NCBI GenBank assembly: GCA_002633005.1
Contig: NMRA01000090.1
Location: 360,752 to 424,751, forward strand
Length of the DNA stretch: 64,000 bases
DNA from: Phoronis australis
Lineage: Eukaryota > Animalia > Phoronida
Direction: 5' to 3'
The notes below the pieces were generated by a model. That model saw nothing but the letters and a program-made list of their open reading frames with translations, was not told the origin of the DNA and did no database searches. The translations under genes and the position numbers were made by a program. Positions 61,359 through 64,000 of the stretch are shown here, in pieces (the first letter of the stretch is position 1; each line of letters opens with the position of its first letter).

Positions 61359-64000
61359 CTGGTCTTCGAGTCACCGAAGTATAGCATTTGAGTATACATA
61401 CAGCATTTCGCATTGCATACACTTTAGTGTGATCCTAAATGTGTTGGTTGCGTCAAGACATACTTGAGGATTGCGTGCAGTGATGAATTCAAAGCAAAGT
61501 ACAATAGTAATTTTAAAGGATTTCATGAAAAGGTATGCTGTCGATGTGGTAATTTGGCAGCACCAGCTTGTAAGCTGTGTACCAAATGACCAAAATCAGA
61601 TTTTTGTGAAGTAGAAACTGGCAGTCATGGACAAGCGGACCTTGTCTGGAGGACAGACTGCACTAACTAGAACAACTGTACTGGCAAACTTAGCCCGAGC
61701 CAAGCAATCTGAAATAGGCACGTCAGACTTGTGTGAATTAAGTAGTCAAACGTGCCTCGAGTGTTGTCGAATGGATCAAGTCGAGACGGATGTCAATTCA
61801 AAAACAGCAAACACTGTTGGTATTGATACCTTGTACTATTATAGTATTAGTTTATCTACTTGATGCAGTCTCTGAAGAAATTTTATCGAAAAGCTCCATC
61901 TAATGTGAAGGTGGTATAATCAGAGTATTATTGTTTTCTTCTCTTTAACAAGGAATGGTTGTGTCAAGAGATTTTGTCAACTTTTTTCATAACTAGTGTA
62001 CAGTTCATTACAGTTAAGCTGGTCATTACAGAATTTGAGGGAGATCTGGGGAGTTTATAATAGTGCAGGTCTTTGCATAGTTGTCAGCATTGTAATTTAA
62101 TTTATTAATAACTTTATTATGTGGTGTACTAGTGAAGAGCATATTTGAGGTGACTCAGACTGCTAATGTCATGTCATCAAATATCATTCTAGGTGTTAGT
62201 TACTATGGTGACGACTTTCATGGGACTTGCTGAACCTGTAGGCATCCCCAACTTGTCCCATTTTGGCTTTGATAAACTGGGTGGTCATGCGTGGCAAGTG
62301 CACAACAGGCGTTAACACATTACTATGTACTTCCAAATCGTGGCTAACACATCCCAATGGTACAGATTCATACTTAAAGAATTGTGAAACAATTGACAGT
62401 AAGTGGCTGTAAATCTCTATTCCAACTCAAAATGCACTGCCGTTGGTCTCATAATTTCTGTAATAGTTTAATTAAGGGCGATTTTTGGGCTTGGAGAGAA
62501 GTGACAGTTCGTTATAGACTTTGGATGAACCATGTTGAGCACGGTCTGGGGGTGAATCTTGTTATGTGTTGAGCATGAACTTGGTGAATTGTTATGCGTT
62601 GAGCTTGGTCATGGGGCGAACTGTTTATGTTGAGCATGTTCTTGACCAGACTTAGTTATGGAACGAGTTTTGTGGTCTGATTCTTGAAAGTGACTTGATT
62701 GTTCATTCACCAAGACTAAGTACACTTGCTGAAGTGAGATTTACTTCAGAAACATTAACATTTTTTAGCAGTAAGAGGTCTAAATTAAATGTTTATTTTA
62801 AAATTGTGTTCGCATGATGTATGACCCCTGATGAATTATCAATATCGAATTTTTAGTTTTACGTCTGGCACACTTAGTGAATTCTAAAAACTTTAAAGTG
62901 GCCGAAATTGAACCAGTGTGAAGAAAATATAAACTGTTGTGTGCTACATTATAGAAGTGCATAGGACAATGAAATTTTACGCAAACTACCAAACACGAGT
63001 TCACTAATTTTTTTACTGTTCAGTATTTGAAGGATTTGTGACTGAACCAGTGTAGTGGTGCTTGAGCAACATGTCTGCATCAACACCACTGACACTGACC
63101 AGTTGTTGAGATGCAGTTGTGTACATGTTGGATAATATGGTTGTAAGTCTATGACTGCGCTATGTACAATTAAGAGTACCGCCTTATCAGTTTTAGGAGT
63201 AATGCACTAACTGCTGAGCTAAAGCGTGACCACGGTGAGTCCAGACAGTTGAGGTAAATTGTTGGGTATGTTGCGCATTATTAGTCTGGTACATCCATGG
63301 CTGAGTACCATATCTTCAAACCTTGTGTCTAATATATATTACGAGTTATTGTGTATGCAGTCTGTTATAACTATTGTATATAAAATCTTGGTTTTGATAA
63401 TATTAGTTTTTGATTTAAGTAATAAATATACATCCAATTCTTAGTGAGGAATTTAGATGAAAGTAATAATTTTTGCCTGAATCGACATCGCTAGTAACAT
63501 TTGAGTTGAATTGAGATATATTTTGATGAAATATCCGTGAACAGGTCGTGCCAGGATACATAGTGTGATAATCACCATTCTGCGCACGATGTTGAGAATT
63601 TGCAGTACATAAGATAAGTAACTCTCCACCTTTGTCATAAGTTGTTTTCTACAGTACATACCAGAAGCAGTAGAAAATAGCTAGGAACCCAGTTATAATG
63701 CTGAAGAACAGCATAATTCCCTGCCGTGGGATTTTGTTGATACGAGTTACTGACCATCATTTTTGTAAAATGGAATTCTGGTATGTGATGAGGAATATTT
63801 TCTTATTATTGATGAAAATTATTGTGGGCTGATTTTAATAGTCATTTTACAGGAGTAAGGACTAAGGCTTTCTCTATCGGTATTTTTATGTTGTGATTGC
63901 AAACCACAGATAATGTTTTGGTCTTCAAATTGGGGTTCACACAACTACTAAAACCGACAATGTAAATACTGCTCCAAGCTCAACCCCAGTGTCTGCCTGG

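Overview
Eukaryotic, intron-rich, AT-rich animal DNA, probably from a marine invertebrate (inference). Several single-N scaffold joins create local duplications. Host genes: the 3' ten exons of xylulose kinase (XYLB, +), a partial mono-ADP-ribosyltransferase (PARP) catalytic domain (+), a PAR/C-EBP-type bZIP gene (-) head-to-head with a complete 6-exon activin type II receptor (+, about 522 aa), and an array of an intronless 323-aa orphan ORF. The rest is layered transposons. (i) An 11.5-kb TTAA-flanked Sola3-like element has a 9-exon inactivated transposase and unusually asymmetric ends, and its empty-site allele is assembled directly beside it. (ii) A Penelope-like retroelement carries an OTU protease domain inside its ORF and abuts a Kolobok remnant with THAP and P2X7-ballast-like coding relics. 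(iii) A THAP/ISL2EU-like element is interrupted by a hairpin-ended rolling-circle-like insert. (iv) There are hAT-like MITEs with 6-bp TSDs, Harbinger MITEs, an L1/Tx1 fragment with a 16-bp TSD, and tRNA-derived SINE heads. (v) Helentron-associated arrays of ~130-160-bp units mostly carry one CTCF-like motif per unit. All family assignments are from motif recognition by eye; no database searches were run.
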